Positions 51,603 to 61,169 of a DNA stretch of 64,000 bases are shown in pieces; position 1 is the first letter of the stretch, and the number at the start of each line of letters is the position of its first letter. The notes beneath the pieces were generated by a model. That model saw only the letters and a program-made list of their open reading frames with translations. It was not told the origin of the DNA and made no database searches. The position numbers and the translations under genes are program-made. This DNA is from Obrimoposthia wandeli (lineage: Eukaryota): positions 1,054,001 to 1,118,000 of the forward strand of contig CDROCS010000253.1 of assembly GCA_977020255.1 (NCBI GenBank), written 5' to 3'.

Positions 51603-53789
51603 CTAAAATTGATAATTTAAAGTTGCGCCAAATACTAGTGGCTCAGATAACTGAGTATGTGCCTTGGGGGTATAGCCGTCACGAGGGTCATTATCAAAAT
51701 AAAAACCACGGTTAGCATACACTTCATCCGTTAAGTTACGACCCCAAAGTTTAACTTGCCAGTTATCTTGAATATAAGAAACCGATGCATTGAGCAATAT
51801 AATTGATTCAGACTTGAGATCTTCATCAGAAATCGGTGCGAAACTACCATCATAGCCATAATCAAAATAACGAGTGTCAGAAAAATAGAATTCATCTTTA
51901 CCGTCAACTGAGATATTAAATAACCATTCATCTGTTGGTTGATAGTTAACACCGACATTAAACTGATAACTAGGCGCATGTGACTGTTCAGCACCTGTAA
52001 GTGAATTTTGCTTTGCATCAATGAATTCATTAAATTCAGTTTCAAGTAAACCCAATGAACCATAAACATTAACATGGTCATTGATAGTCCAAGCAGATTC
52101 GATTTCAGCGCCATAATTACTACCTGAAGTAGCATTACCTAGATAACTAACAAACTCAGTGCCATTACCTTCCTTAATGATTCTTGAGCTCTTAACTTGC
52201 ATATCATCACGATCCATATAGAAAAGAGCAGTACGTATATAAGCACTGTTGTCTAATAAGGTGACTTTATAGCCAAGTTCATAGTTCATCAAATATTCAG
52301 GATCAAAACTGCGTAAGTCTTCAGGCAAAGTACCATCAGTATTATGTCCACCGGCTTTATAACCACGGTTAACAGAAGCGTACCATAGGTTATCTTCTGT
52401 TTGTTGGAAACTAAGTACTAACTTACCACCAACCATAGTATCGTCAATACTGTCATCAAACTGATCTGAATTGTTATAACTAGCTTGGTAGTCTTCAATA
52501 CGTAAACCAGAAACTAAAGACCAACGTTCACTCAGTTGTGTGTCTAATTGACCATATATTGCAAGATTGGTACGTTCATTAGTTGAGGTGAAATCAAAGT
52601 TTTTAGTAGCATTATCATTCCTAGTATATTGACGCAATAAATCTTCATCATCTTGCTTATAGAAAATACCAGCAACCCAGCTAGTGCTGCCATTAAAGAT
52701 TTCTGCACCATCCTTAGACATCGCGCGTAACTCAGCGGTGGTAACTGCTTTTTCACGGAAGTAATGGTCGGTAGAGCTAAATTCCCAGTATGCAAAGTCA
52801 GGATGAATATCAGGGTTGATAGTCGGATCTGATATACCAACATACGCCCAGTCTTCATCGAAACCATAAGCTAAGTCAGAATCAGCATTACTCACAATAG
52901 CGATAACCGTTGCACTGTCAAAGCCTTGGTAAGTAAATTTAGCCGACAAGGCCGTGGTTTCTTGTTGATCAAAGCCTGGTTGGTCGGAGTATGTCTCTCT
53001 AGTATTATCTAAAGAAAATGTATCGTAACCATTATCAAAATCAAAATAATAGCCAGCAAGCTCTATAGTAAGGTCGTTACTCGCTTCAATAGCTAACTTG
53101 CCGCGAATGCTTAGTTCATCACGATTGTTGGTATCATCACGTTGTAAATAGACATTTTCTATATAGCCATCACTGTTACTTTGATTAACTGCTAAACGGT
53201 AATTTACCGAATCACTGGCAGGACCAGATAAGGCTACACCCATATCATAGGTATTATAATTTCCAACGCCAAGTTGAACGGCACCTTCAAAGTCTTCGGT
53301 CGGCTCGTTGGTGGTAATATTGATCATACCGGCAATCGCATTGGCACCAAAACGGGTACCTTGCGGACCTCGAAAAATTTCGGCTTGTTTAACGTCAAAT
53401 AAAGAAGCAACACTACCTATACCAGTGAAATCTACCTCATCAATGATCACGCCAACAGATGGATTGATAGGTTCTTGGAACTGACTACGTTCGCCAATAC
53501 CACGGATTTGGTAATAACGTGCCCGTTGTGAGCCACTGGCAAAGTTAACATTGGGGCTGACAGCAATTAATTCTTCAAGATGTTTGGCATTGCGTTGTTT
53601 AATTTCAATATCCGTTAATACTGACATTGAAGTTGGGGAGTTTTGCAGACTTTGCTGGCGAAAATCACTAGTAACGGTGATGGTTTCAATGCTGCTGGTG
53701 TCATTACTCACTTGTTCTTCAGCTAAAGCGGTAAAGTGAAAGATACTTGTAGTGATAGCTAAACAAATAGCTGATTTGCGGAACGTCAT
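51603..53789 (-). CDS. TonB-dependent receptor (probable thiamine-related)
   Basis: Signal peptide, TonB box ETITVT, plug IFRGPQGTRFGANAIAGMIN, terminal YQF. Confidence 0.93.
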   Translation of the reverse strand: MTFRKSAICLAITTSIFHFTALAEEQVSNDTSSIETITVTSDFRQQSLQNSPTSMSVLTDIEIKQRNAKHLEELIAVSPNVNFASGSQRARYYQIRGIGERSQFQEPINPSVGVIIDEVDFTGIGSVASLFDVKQAEIFRGPQGTRFGANAIAGMINITTNEPTEDFEGAVQLGVGNYNTYDMGVALSGPASDSVNYRLAVNQSNSDGYIENVYLQRDDTNNRDELSIRGKLAIEASNDLTIELAGYYFDFDNGYDTFSLDNTRETYSDQPGFDQQETTALSAKFTYQGFDSATVIAIVSNADSDLAYGFDEDWAYVGISDPTINPDIHPDFAYWEFSSTDHYFREKAVTTAELRAMSKDGAEIFNGSTSWVAGIFYKQDDEDLLRQYTRNDNATKNFDFTSTNERTNLAIYGQLDTQLSERWSLVSGLRIEDYQASYNNSDQFDDSIDDTMVGGKLVLSFQQTEDNLWYASVNRGYKAGGHNTDGTLPEDLRSFDPEYLMNYELGYKVTLLDNSAYIRTALFYMDRDDMQVKSSRIIKEGNGTEFVSYLGNATSGSNYGAEIESAWTINDHVNVYGSLGLLETEFNEFIDAKQNSLTGAEQSHAPSYQFNVGVNYQPTDEWLFNISVDGKDEFYFSDTRYFDYGYDGSFAPISDEDLKSESIILLNASVSYIQDNWQVKLWGRNLTDEVYANRGFYFDNDPRDGYTPKAHTQLSEPLVFGATLNYQF

Positions 53790-53852
53790 AAAATCTCATC
53801 AAAAAAATAAAAAGTAGGAGCGTGTGCAAACAGGATAATTTTTGATGAATGT

Positions 53853-53907
53853 TATACCAATGGCACTAATTTATTGCTAAGTGGTCAATTAATTAATGTA
53901 CTTGATA
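53853..53907. repeat. Mini inverted-repeat element related to the 54119 MITE
   Basis: tataccaatggcactaatttattg-ctaagtggt-caattaattaatgtacttgata; left arm resembles the TIR at 54118. Confidence 0.6.
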
Positions 53908-53921
53908 TCAATTTTATCTAT

Positions 53922-54035
53922 AACCATCCCTATGCCAGAAAATTATTCAAAATAATTTTCTGCCCAGGTTCAAAGAGTATATATCTCAGCGACAAATCAG
54001 TTAAAAAAGATTAAATGACAGCGCACCCCTTGGTT
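53922..54035 (-). ncRNA. TPP-riboswitch-like aptamer with variant P4/P5 arm
   Basis: P1 ACCA/UGGU, P2 AGGGGU/ACUCUU, GCUGAGA, GAACCUG...UAGGGA; P5 region atypical. Confidence 0.8.
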
Positions 54036-54117
54036 TCATTCTATTCTAGCAAATAATTTCACTATAATCTTACTATTGTTGAGTAGCTTAGGTATATTGT
54101 TTAATCAACATTGTGAT

Positions 54118-54430
54118 TATACCAATCGGACTAATTTATTGATCACTTAGCGAGAATTAAAAGGCTTAGAGGCAAGGCATTGATTGAAGAGAATGGTTAT
54201 TAAGGAGAATCTCCTGCATTCACTAAGAAGCTACATCCATGTAGCGTCCTTGTCAAAATTAATAACGCTGCATGTCAGCCTTTTAAAATCGCCTTTCAGG
54301 AGCTCATTAGCAAACTGATAACATCACAAAATGAATAAAATATAGACTAACTATGTTTAACTCATTTTGCTTGTTTTAAGCTCGCTAATGCAGCTCTAAG
54401 CTGACCAATAAATTAATCCGTTTGGTATTA
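54118..54430. mobile_element. MITE-like non-autonomous element (about 310 bp)
   Basis: TIRs ataccaatcggactaatttattgatca-cttag vs rc ataccaaacggattaatttattggtcagcttag; TA at ends; internal ttaaaaggct/agccttttaa stem; no ORF. Confidence 0.75.
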
Positions 54431-54461
54431 CTTCTTATAAGAATTAAAGTAGCGAGAATTT

Positions 54462-57400
54462 ATGTTTCCTAATTGGCAATTAGTGCTGTTAAGTTTGGCT
54501 TATATTGGCTTATTATTTTTAATTGCTTTTCTGGGTGACAAATACCGACATCAGTTGGCGAAAAAAGGGCAGAGTATTATTTATGCTCTGACCCTAGGTG
54601 TTTATTGCACCTCTTGGAGTTTTTTAGGCACTACAGGGCAGGCATCAACCAGTTTGCTGTCCCACTTACCTATTTATTTAGGGCCTATTCTACTCTTTGT
54701 TTTTGCTTGGCCTTTTATTCAACGTATTATTCGCGTTAGCTTAAAGCTTCATTTAACTTCTATTGCTGATCTATTGGCCGCTAGGTTTGGTAAGTCACAT
54801 AACCTAGCCATCATGGTCACCATCGTTGCGCTAGTAGGTACCATGCCTTATATCGCATTACAGCTTAAAGCTATGGTGTATTCCTTTCAGCAACTTCAAA
54901 TAGATCAAAGCTTAAATAGTTGGCACATTGGCTTAGTAGTCAGTCTAGTTTTAGCTGTGTTTACCGTTTTATTTGGTATTAGACATATTGATGTTACTGA
55001 GCGTCACCCGGGCGTTATGCTGGCAATTGCTTTTGAATCTTTAGTGAAACTCTCTGCCTTTTTAGCGGTAGGTATCTTTGTTTGTTTCGTGTTGTATGAT
55101 TCGCCAGCAGATATTTGGCAACAAGCCAATGGTAATGAATTACTAGAACAGCAATTAACCCTAGACAATGTAACGTCAATGTTTGCCATGTTAGTGATTG
55201 TTATGGCAGCTTTTTTGTCTTTGCCGAGGCAATTCCAAGTCATGGTTGTTGAACTTAAGGATCAAAAAGATACTTGGTTAAGTCGTCGGGTTTTTCCGTT
55301 GTACATATTGATTTTTGCCTTTTTTGCTGTGCCACTAGGGTTGGCAGGTCAGATGTTACTGGGTAACACCGTACCTTCAGATACTTATGTACTCTTTCTC
55401 CCTGATGTTACCCAACAAACGTGGTTGAGCCTATTCGCCTTTTTAGGTGCGGTCTCCGCAGCAAGCTCTATGGTTATTATTTCTGCGATTGCATTAAGTA
55501 CCATGCTGAGTAATGAGATTGTTTTCCCACTACTTTATCGTCGTCAAAAAGTAGCACAAACGGATTATGATAATTTTCGCAGGCGATTATTAAATATTAG
55601 AAAATTTCTAGCCTTGTTCGTTATTTTGTTGGGGTATGGTGTATTTATAATGGCCTCGCCAGATACACTGTCTTCATTAGGCGAAGTGGCCTTTGGCGCT
55701 TTCGCACAATTAACACCCGCCCTAATAGCCGCTTTTTATTGGCGTCGTGCTAGTTTAATGGGCGTATATGCGGGAATATTAATTGGCTTTATTCTGTGGC
55801 TTAGTCTTAATTTTTTACCGCAGTTCGGTTTATATGCCTCACCATTTGCAGAAGGCTTTTTACCGGTTAAAACCACCGCGACTTTATTTAGTTTAGGCGC
55901 TAACATCATTGTAATGTGGGCCTTGTCTCAAATCAGTAGGCAAAGCGTACAAGAGCGGGTACAAGCGTCATTATTTTTAGAATGGAAGTCACCTAAATTA
56001 TTAAAAGTGGAGAAGAAAAGGCAGCTTGATGTACGAGAGTTAGAATTATTAGCTTCGCGTTTTGTTGGTTTGGAAAAAGCGCACACTAATTTTAATCTCT
56101 TTTTATCGTCTCATGACAAAAAGGAGTTAGGTAATGTCATTTATAATCAACAGCTTATTCAACATACCGAAAACACCTTAGCAACGGTTATGGGCTCATC
56201 TTCCGCACGATTAGTGCTCTCTTCGGCATTGGATGGTCGTGATATTGCACTTGAGGAACTGGCGGTACTTGTTGAAGATGCCTCTAGTCAACGGCAAGAG
56301 TTTTCTCAACACTTACTTCAAAGTGCTATTGAAAATGCCAGTGAGGGCATTTCTATTGTTGATGATGAGTTGCGCTTAGTTGCCTGGAATAAAAAATACT
56401 TAGACTTATTCGAGTACCCCGCTGAGTTGATCTATATGGGCAGCCCGATATCTGCACTCATTCGTCATAATGTGCAACGAGGTTTGTGCGGCTCTGGTGA
56501 TATAGAGTCACAGGTAGACCGTCGTTTAGACTTTTTACGTAAAGGCAGTCCACATAGTTCAGAACGTCAACAAGTGAGTGGTCAAACTATTCGCATTGAA
56601 GGTAATCCGCTTCCCGGCGGTGGTTTTGTTATGTTATTTTCTGATATCACTGCCTATCGACAAGCCGAGCAAGTACTCAAAGAAGCAAACCTTGATCTTG
56701 AAACTCGCGTTTATGAACGTACGCTAACCTTAGCTAAAACTAATGAAGCGCTAGCCAAGGCACATGAAAAAGCAGAGCAAGCGCATTTGAAAAAAAGTCA
56801 GTATTTAAATGCCTGTAGTCATGATTTAATGCAGCCACTTGAAGCTGCGAGGTTATTTACTTCGGCATTGTCAGAGCAAAGTAATTTAACTACTGTTCAG
56901 CAAAAACAAGTAGAGAATATCGATCGTTCTCTTAAAGCCGCCAATGATTTATTAGCGGATTTAGCTGAAATTGCCCGATTAGAAAGTGGCAACATCAAAG
57001 CAAATATTAAAGTATTCGCACTGAATGACTTATTTCAAGATTTGGCACAAGAATTTGCGGCTCTTGCTATAGAGCAGTCAGTAGAGTTTCGCTTGGTGGC
57101 GAGTAAAATTTGGGTCAAATCAGATAGACAGTTACTAAGACGTATCATTCAAAACCTCGTTGGCAATGCATTTAGGTATGCCAGCCCCGGCAAGGTGTTA
57201 TTGGGTGCCCGAGTTTTTAATAACCAAGTAATCATTCAAATTTTAGATAATGGTCCAGGCATTCCTGTTGAGAAGCAGATGCTGGTATTTGAGCAGTTTA
57301 CTCAACTTAATACGCCAAATAACCATACTGGTAGGGGATTAGGTTTAGGACTAAACATCACGCAAAGTTTGGCGCAGTTATTGGGACACACCTTAAGCCT

Positions 57401-57944
57401 GCAATCAAAAGCGATGCAAGGTTGTAAATTCTCTGTGCAAGTAGAACAAGCAGAAGCGCAAGTGCAAAGTCGTATTGTGAATAATCCAAGCTTTATTGTT
57501 GCCTTAAAAGATATTACCGTCTTATGCATTGATAATGACCCGGATGTACTCAGCGGTATGGTTGAGCTACTCTCGGCATGGCAATGTAATATTCTTGCGG
57601 CGGACTCTAGAGAAACAGCTTTGGTAGAGTTTGCTAATCACAGTAATGAAATTGATATCTTATTAGTAGATTATCAATTGGGTTACCGAATAGATAGCCA
57701 AGCGGAGGATCATCAAAGCAATCAAGTTGATGGTTTAACATTAATTAAAGATTTGCGTAGCCAATGTCACCATTCGTTACCCGCAATATTAATAACAGCG
57801 ACCACTGAGCCAGGGATTGAAGATAAGGCTAGAAGTTTTGATGTGGGTTATATGCGTAAACTCGTTAAACCGGCAGCGTTAAGGGCGATGATGAGTGCCA
57901 TGCTTGCTAAGAAATTACAGGCGGATTATGTTGGTTATAGCTAG
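54462..57944 (+). CDS. SLC5-STAC-PAS hybrid histidine kinase (CrbS-like)
   Basis: Na+/solute symporter-like N-terminus (YCTSWSFLG, PYIALQLKA), PAS, SHDLMQPL, NLVGNA, DNGPGI, REC LLVDY. Confidence 0.9.
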   Translation: MFPNWQLVLLSLAYIGLLFLIAFLGDKYRHQLAKKGQSIIYALTLGVYCTSWSFLGTTGQASTSLLSHLPIYLGPILLFVFAWPFIQRIIRVSLKLHLTSIADLLAARFGKSHNLAIMVTIVALVGTMPYIALQLKAMVYSFQQLQIDQSLNSWHIGLVVSLVLAVFTVLFGIRHIDVTERHPGVMLAIAFESLVKLSAFLAVGIFVCFVLYDSPADIWQQANGNELLEQQLTLDNVTSMFAMLVIVMAAFLSLPRQFQVMVVELKDQKDTWLSRRVFPLYILIFAFFAVPLGLAGQMLLGNTVPSDTYVLFLPDVTQQTWLSLFAFLGAVSAASSMVIISAIALSTMLSNEIVFPLLYRRQKVAQTDYDNFRRRLLNIRKFLALFVILLGYGVFIMASPDTLSSLGEVAFGAFAQLTPALIAAFYWRRASLMGVYAGILIGFILWLSLNFLPQFGLYASPFAEGFLPVKTTATLFSLGANIIVMWALSQISRQSVQERVQASLFLEWKSPKLLKVEKKRQLDVRELELLASRFVGLEKAHTNFNLFLSSHDKKELGNVIYNQQLIQHTENTLATVMGSSSARLVLSSALDGRDIALEELAVLVEDASSQRQEFSQHLLQSAIENASEGISIVDDELRLVAWNKKYLDLFEYPAELIYMGSPISALIRHNVQRGLCGSGDIESQVDRRLDFLRKGSPHSSERQQVSGQTIRIEGNPLPGGGFVMLFSDITAYRQAEQVLKEANLDLETRVYERTLTLAKTNEALAKAHEKAEQAHLKKSQYLNACSHDLMQPLEAARLFTSALSEQSNLTTVQQKQVENIDRSLKAANDLLADLAEIARLESGNIKANIKVFALNDLFQDLAQEFAALAIEQSVEFRLVASKIWVKSDRQLLRRIIQNLVGNAFRYASPGKVLLGARVFNNQVIIQILDNGPGIPVEKQMLVFEQFTQLNTPNNHTGRGLGLGLNITQSLAQLLGHTLSLQSKAMQGCKFSVQVEQAEAQVQSRIVNNPSFIVALKDITVLCIDNDPDVLSGMVELLSAWQCNILAADSRETALVEFANHSNEIDILLVDYQLGYRIDSQAEDHQSNQVDGLTLIKDLRSQCHHSLPAILITATTEPGIEDKARSFDVGYMRKLVKPAALRAMMSAMLAKKLQADYVGYS

Positions 57945-58091
57945 GTTTACATAGGAGAAGACTCACCGTTTTTCATTGTCCTTGCACTCGACTATGTTAT
58001 ACATGCTAAAGACCGTTAGTGAACTCTACTTGTTTTTAGTGTTCTACATTTATCAGAAGATAATTATTACTCAAGATATGAACCTCACACT

Positions 58092-59636
58092 ATGAAGAAA
58101 GCTTTACTGTTGAACAATAAAACCTTGTTTCCGTTACTTGTTATGCTCAGCTGTGTAACCTCTCTAGCGACGTTCGCGAGCAAGTCGAGTGCCATCGAGT
58201 TTAGTGAAGTTGTTATTAATGCTCCATATAAGCTCACCCAAGAAATTATTGCTGCAGATTTACTACCGAATAAAGGTAAAGAGCTAGTCACTTTTTCTGT
58301 TGATGAGCAAAGTAATCGTTGGTTAATTATTTATCAGTTAGACCATCGCGCTAATCAATATGTTGTTGCGGAAAAAACTATAATTCCTAAAGCGTTTTAT
58401 CGCTTTGATCTAAGCAATCGAGAAGATCAGCACGACGGTAAAAAGCAAAGTCTCTATTTCCTTTCTACTGATTCTTTAACCCTTTATCAAAATAATAAAT
58501 TTAAGTCGTTGGCAAAAATAGAGTCACTTTATATTCAAGAAAAAGCTGATTTCCTTAGCCGAGGCGATTTTATTCAAGACCTAAACAATGATGCTTTTGA
58601 TGATGTCATTATTGCTGGTTTTAATAAGGCTCATGTTTTTATAGGGCAGGGATTAAACACCTTTGCTAAGCAAACACTGCCAATAAAACCCAACGTACGC
58701 GCTTTACCAGCAGGCGCCAGTTACATCGAAACCAAATTATATTTTAGTGATGTTAATTTTGATGACAAAACGGATATTCTATTAATGGGTGATGGTGAAA
58801 TGGTTATTTATCCACAATACGGCAATAGTCATTTTACTAAAAAAGCAACACGGCTAGCGATTAATGAAGCGATCAGTGGTACTGATTGGTGGAATAAACG
58901 TGATGAAAGTGGTGAACAATTAGATCAAAGTGATTTGGAATATCGGAAATTAGAAGAGCTACGAGATGTTAATGCTGATGGTATTACCGATATGGTAGTA
59001 CGCTATACCAAGGCTTCAGGTGTGCTTGACCGTGTTAACGATTATGAAATATTCCTAGGTAAAAAAAACCAAGGGGTGTTGAGTTATGCACCGCAGGCTG
59101 ACAGTGTTATTCATGCCGAAGGTACGTTAACAGGTTTAGAGTTTGTGGATATTGATAATGATGACAAACTTGAGGTTTTACTGGCAGGCTTTGATATTGG
59201 CCTGTCACAAATTATCGGTGCTCTAGTTACCGGAGGTATTGACCAAGATGTTTATGTCTTCAAAATGAATGAAAAAGATAAATTTCCAACCAAGCCAGCG
59301 ATTAAAAAAGACGTAGAACTTACCTTTAGCTTAAGTTCGGGACAAAGTGGTAGTGCAATTGTTAAATTAGCAGATTTAAATGGAGATGGCTTAAAAGAAC
59401 TTGTTTTGTCTGATGACGATGGTGAATTGAAAATATACCTCGGTAAAAAACCTGGCAAGAAGAATAAGTCGTTTAAAAAACGTAGTGTTCGCTACAGTAC
59501 CCAGTTACCAAAAAATGGCAATCTGGTCATGGTTGAAGATTTAAATGGTGACGGTAAAGATGATTTACTGATGAAGTTTTCTCGTCTTGACGGTGAAGAT
59601 AAAACTAAACAGTTTAAAGTGCTCTTTTCTCAGTAA
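58092..59636 (+). CDS. Secreted FG-GAP/VCBS-repeat protein
   Basis: Signal peptide; six DxN/DxDG-type repeats (DLNNDA, DVNFDD, DVNADG, DIDNDD, DLNGDG x2). Confidence 0.85.
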   Translation: MKKALLLNNKTLFPLLVMLSCVTSLATFASKSSAIEFSEVVINAPYKLTQEIIAADLLPNKGKELVTFSVDEQSNRWLIIYQLDHRANQYVVAEKTIIPKAFYRFDLSNREDQHDGKKQSLYFLSTDSLTLYQNNKFKSLAKIESLYIQEKADFLSRGDFIQDLNNDAFDDVIIAGFNKAHVFIGQGLNTFAKQTLPIKPNVRALPAGASYIETKLYFSDVNFDDKTDILLMGDGEMVIYPQYGNSHFTKKATRLAINEAISGTDWWNKRDESGEQLDQSDLEYRKLEELRDVNADGITDMVVRYTKASGVLDRVNDYEIFLGKKNQGVLSYAPQADSVIHAEGTLTGLEFVDIDNDDKLEVLLAGFDIGLSQIIGALVTGGIDQDVYVFKMNEKDKFPTKPAIKKDVELTFSLSSGQSGSAIVKLADLNGDGLKELVLSDDDGELKIYLGKKPGKKNKSFKKRSVRYSTQLPKNGNLVMVEDLNGDGKDDLLMKFSRLDGEDKTKQFKVLFSQ

Positions 59637-59699
59637 AACCAAATGAGTAAAACCAAACGGGCGATACTGAATTAGAAATACATAGTTAACGAGTTAATA

Positions 59700-59906
59700 A
59701 TGAAACAAGCGATTTGTGGTTATCATCAAGATGAAGAACACCATTGGGTGGCAGAATTGGTCTGTGGTCACTTTCAGCATGTTAGACACAAACCCCCTTT
59801 TATTAATCGACCTTGGGTGATTTCACTGCGTGGGCGTCAAGGTATGATAGGTCAGCTGTTAAAATGCAAAAAATGTGATGAGAGTGCACCAAAAGATAAG
59901 TGCTAG
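59700..59906 (+). CDS. DUF3565 family protein
   Basis: GYHQDEEHHWVAELVCGHFQHVRHKPP...CKKC. Confidence 0.85.
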   Translation: MKQAICGYHQDEEHHWVAELVCGHFQHVRHKPPFINRPWVISLRGRQGMIGQLLKCKKCDESAPKDKC

Positions 59907-59957
59907 GCCGAGAGGATTATTGTTTTATTCGACCCTGTAACAATAATCCCCTTTACT

Positions 59958-61169
59958 CTATAAAGTATTTGCTTTTGACCAGATAGAATCAGCCGCTTGA
60001 TATTGCCCTTGTTTACTATGGGCTTGTGCTAATGCTTGTAAGTCTTGACGATCATATTGCTTACCATACTCTTCATCTTCTAGCTTTATTAAGCTACCGA
60101 AGGCTTTCTCTGCCATAGAATATTGCTTACTCCTCAAAGCTAAATGGCCTAAACAACTAAGCCATTTACCACTATGGACATTCTTATGAAGTTGTTTCTG
60201 TACTATCGCAATTAACTCATCGGCGTTTTTAATAGGTAAATCACGAATTTGTTTTAAAAATTTGCTGCTTGGCTCTTTTTTAAATAGCGGTATCAATAAC
60301 TTATTTAACGGCTCGATTATTTCGTTTTCGGCTAATACTTTGCAGTAAGCAAATAATACGGCTTCTCGTTGTTTAATTTTACGGCTTAGACCGTTCCAAT
60401 TATCGTGTAATACTTTACTATCATGCTGTTTGATACTTTCATTAAAGCTACCGTAATAGGCTAATCGTTCCCAAGCTTGAACGATTTCATCGGTAATTGT
60501 TTTTTCTTTACGCGCAGCTGTTAAGTATTGTACTGCTTGGGCAAAGCGTTGCTCAATGATGCATAAATCAATTTCAAGCGTCAATAAGCGGGCATCATGG
60601 CCAATTTGTTTGTGATTTTCATCAATAAGTACACGTGCTTTAGTGTAGGTTTCAGCCTTATTTTGATTCATTAACAGTTTAATATTAACAATGACACTTT
60701 CTAAACCAACGTCTTTGAGTTTAATGGTTTCTTTTTCAAGTAATGCTAAATAGTGATTGGTATTACTGTTTAGGTCTAACTTCGCCGATGCAGATGCCGC
60801 AAGCAGGTATGCGCTTTGTTTTCTTTTTGAGGGAATAGCACTCTTGGCAAATAACTCTTCCGCTTGGCTATAATCCTCTAGCATATAAGCAGCAAGGCCT
60901 TTGTTGAAGTTGGCAATACCGCGACGTTGTCCGGCAAAAGCGATCTTATTCCAAGTACCAAAGCTAAAATTTAAACCACCACGTAATAGTTTTAGGCTAA
61001 TAACGAGCGCAATGAAGAGCAGCGTTAACATAATGCCAGCTGATAATACGGTTAATTCAATGGTGGTATTACCCATTGCAATAAGTATGTAGCCTTTTTC
61101 ATCGATTAAAAATGGGCTTATTGCCATAGCGCTAAGAAAGATGATTAAGGCAATGATAATCCGGATCAT
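59958..61169 (-). CDS. hemY: HemY heme-biosynthesis-associated TPR protein
   Basis: KGYILIAMGNTTIE N-terminal motif, hemCDXY context. Confidence 0.88.
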   Translation of the reverse strand: MIRIIIALIIFLSAMAISPFLIDEKGYILIAMGNTTIELTVLSAGIMLTLLFIALVISLKLLRGGLNFSFGTWNKIAFAGQRRGIANFNKGLAAYMLEDYSQAEELFAKSAIPSKRKQSAYLLAASASAKLDLNSNTNHYLALLEKETIKLKDVGLESVIVNIKLLMNQNKAETYTKARVLIDENHKQIGHDARLLTLEIDLCIIEQRFAQAVQYLTAARKEKTITDEIVQAWERLAYYGSFNESIKQHDSKVLHDNWNGLSRKIKQREAVLFAYCKVLAENEIIEPLNKLLIPLFKKEPSSKFLKQIRDLPIKNADELIAIVQKQLHKNVHSGKWLSCLGHLALRSKQYSMAEKAFGSLIKLEDEEYGKQYDRQDLQALAQAHSKQGQYQAADSIWSKANTL

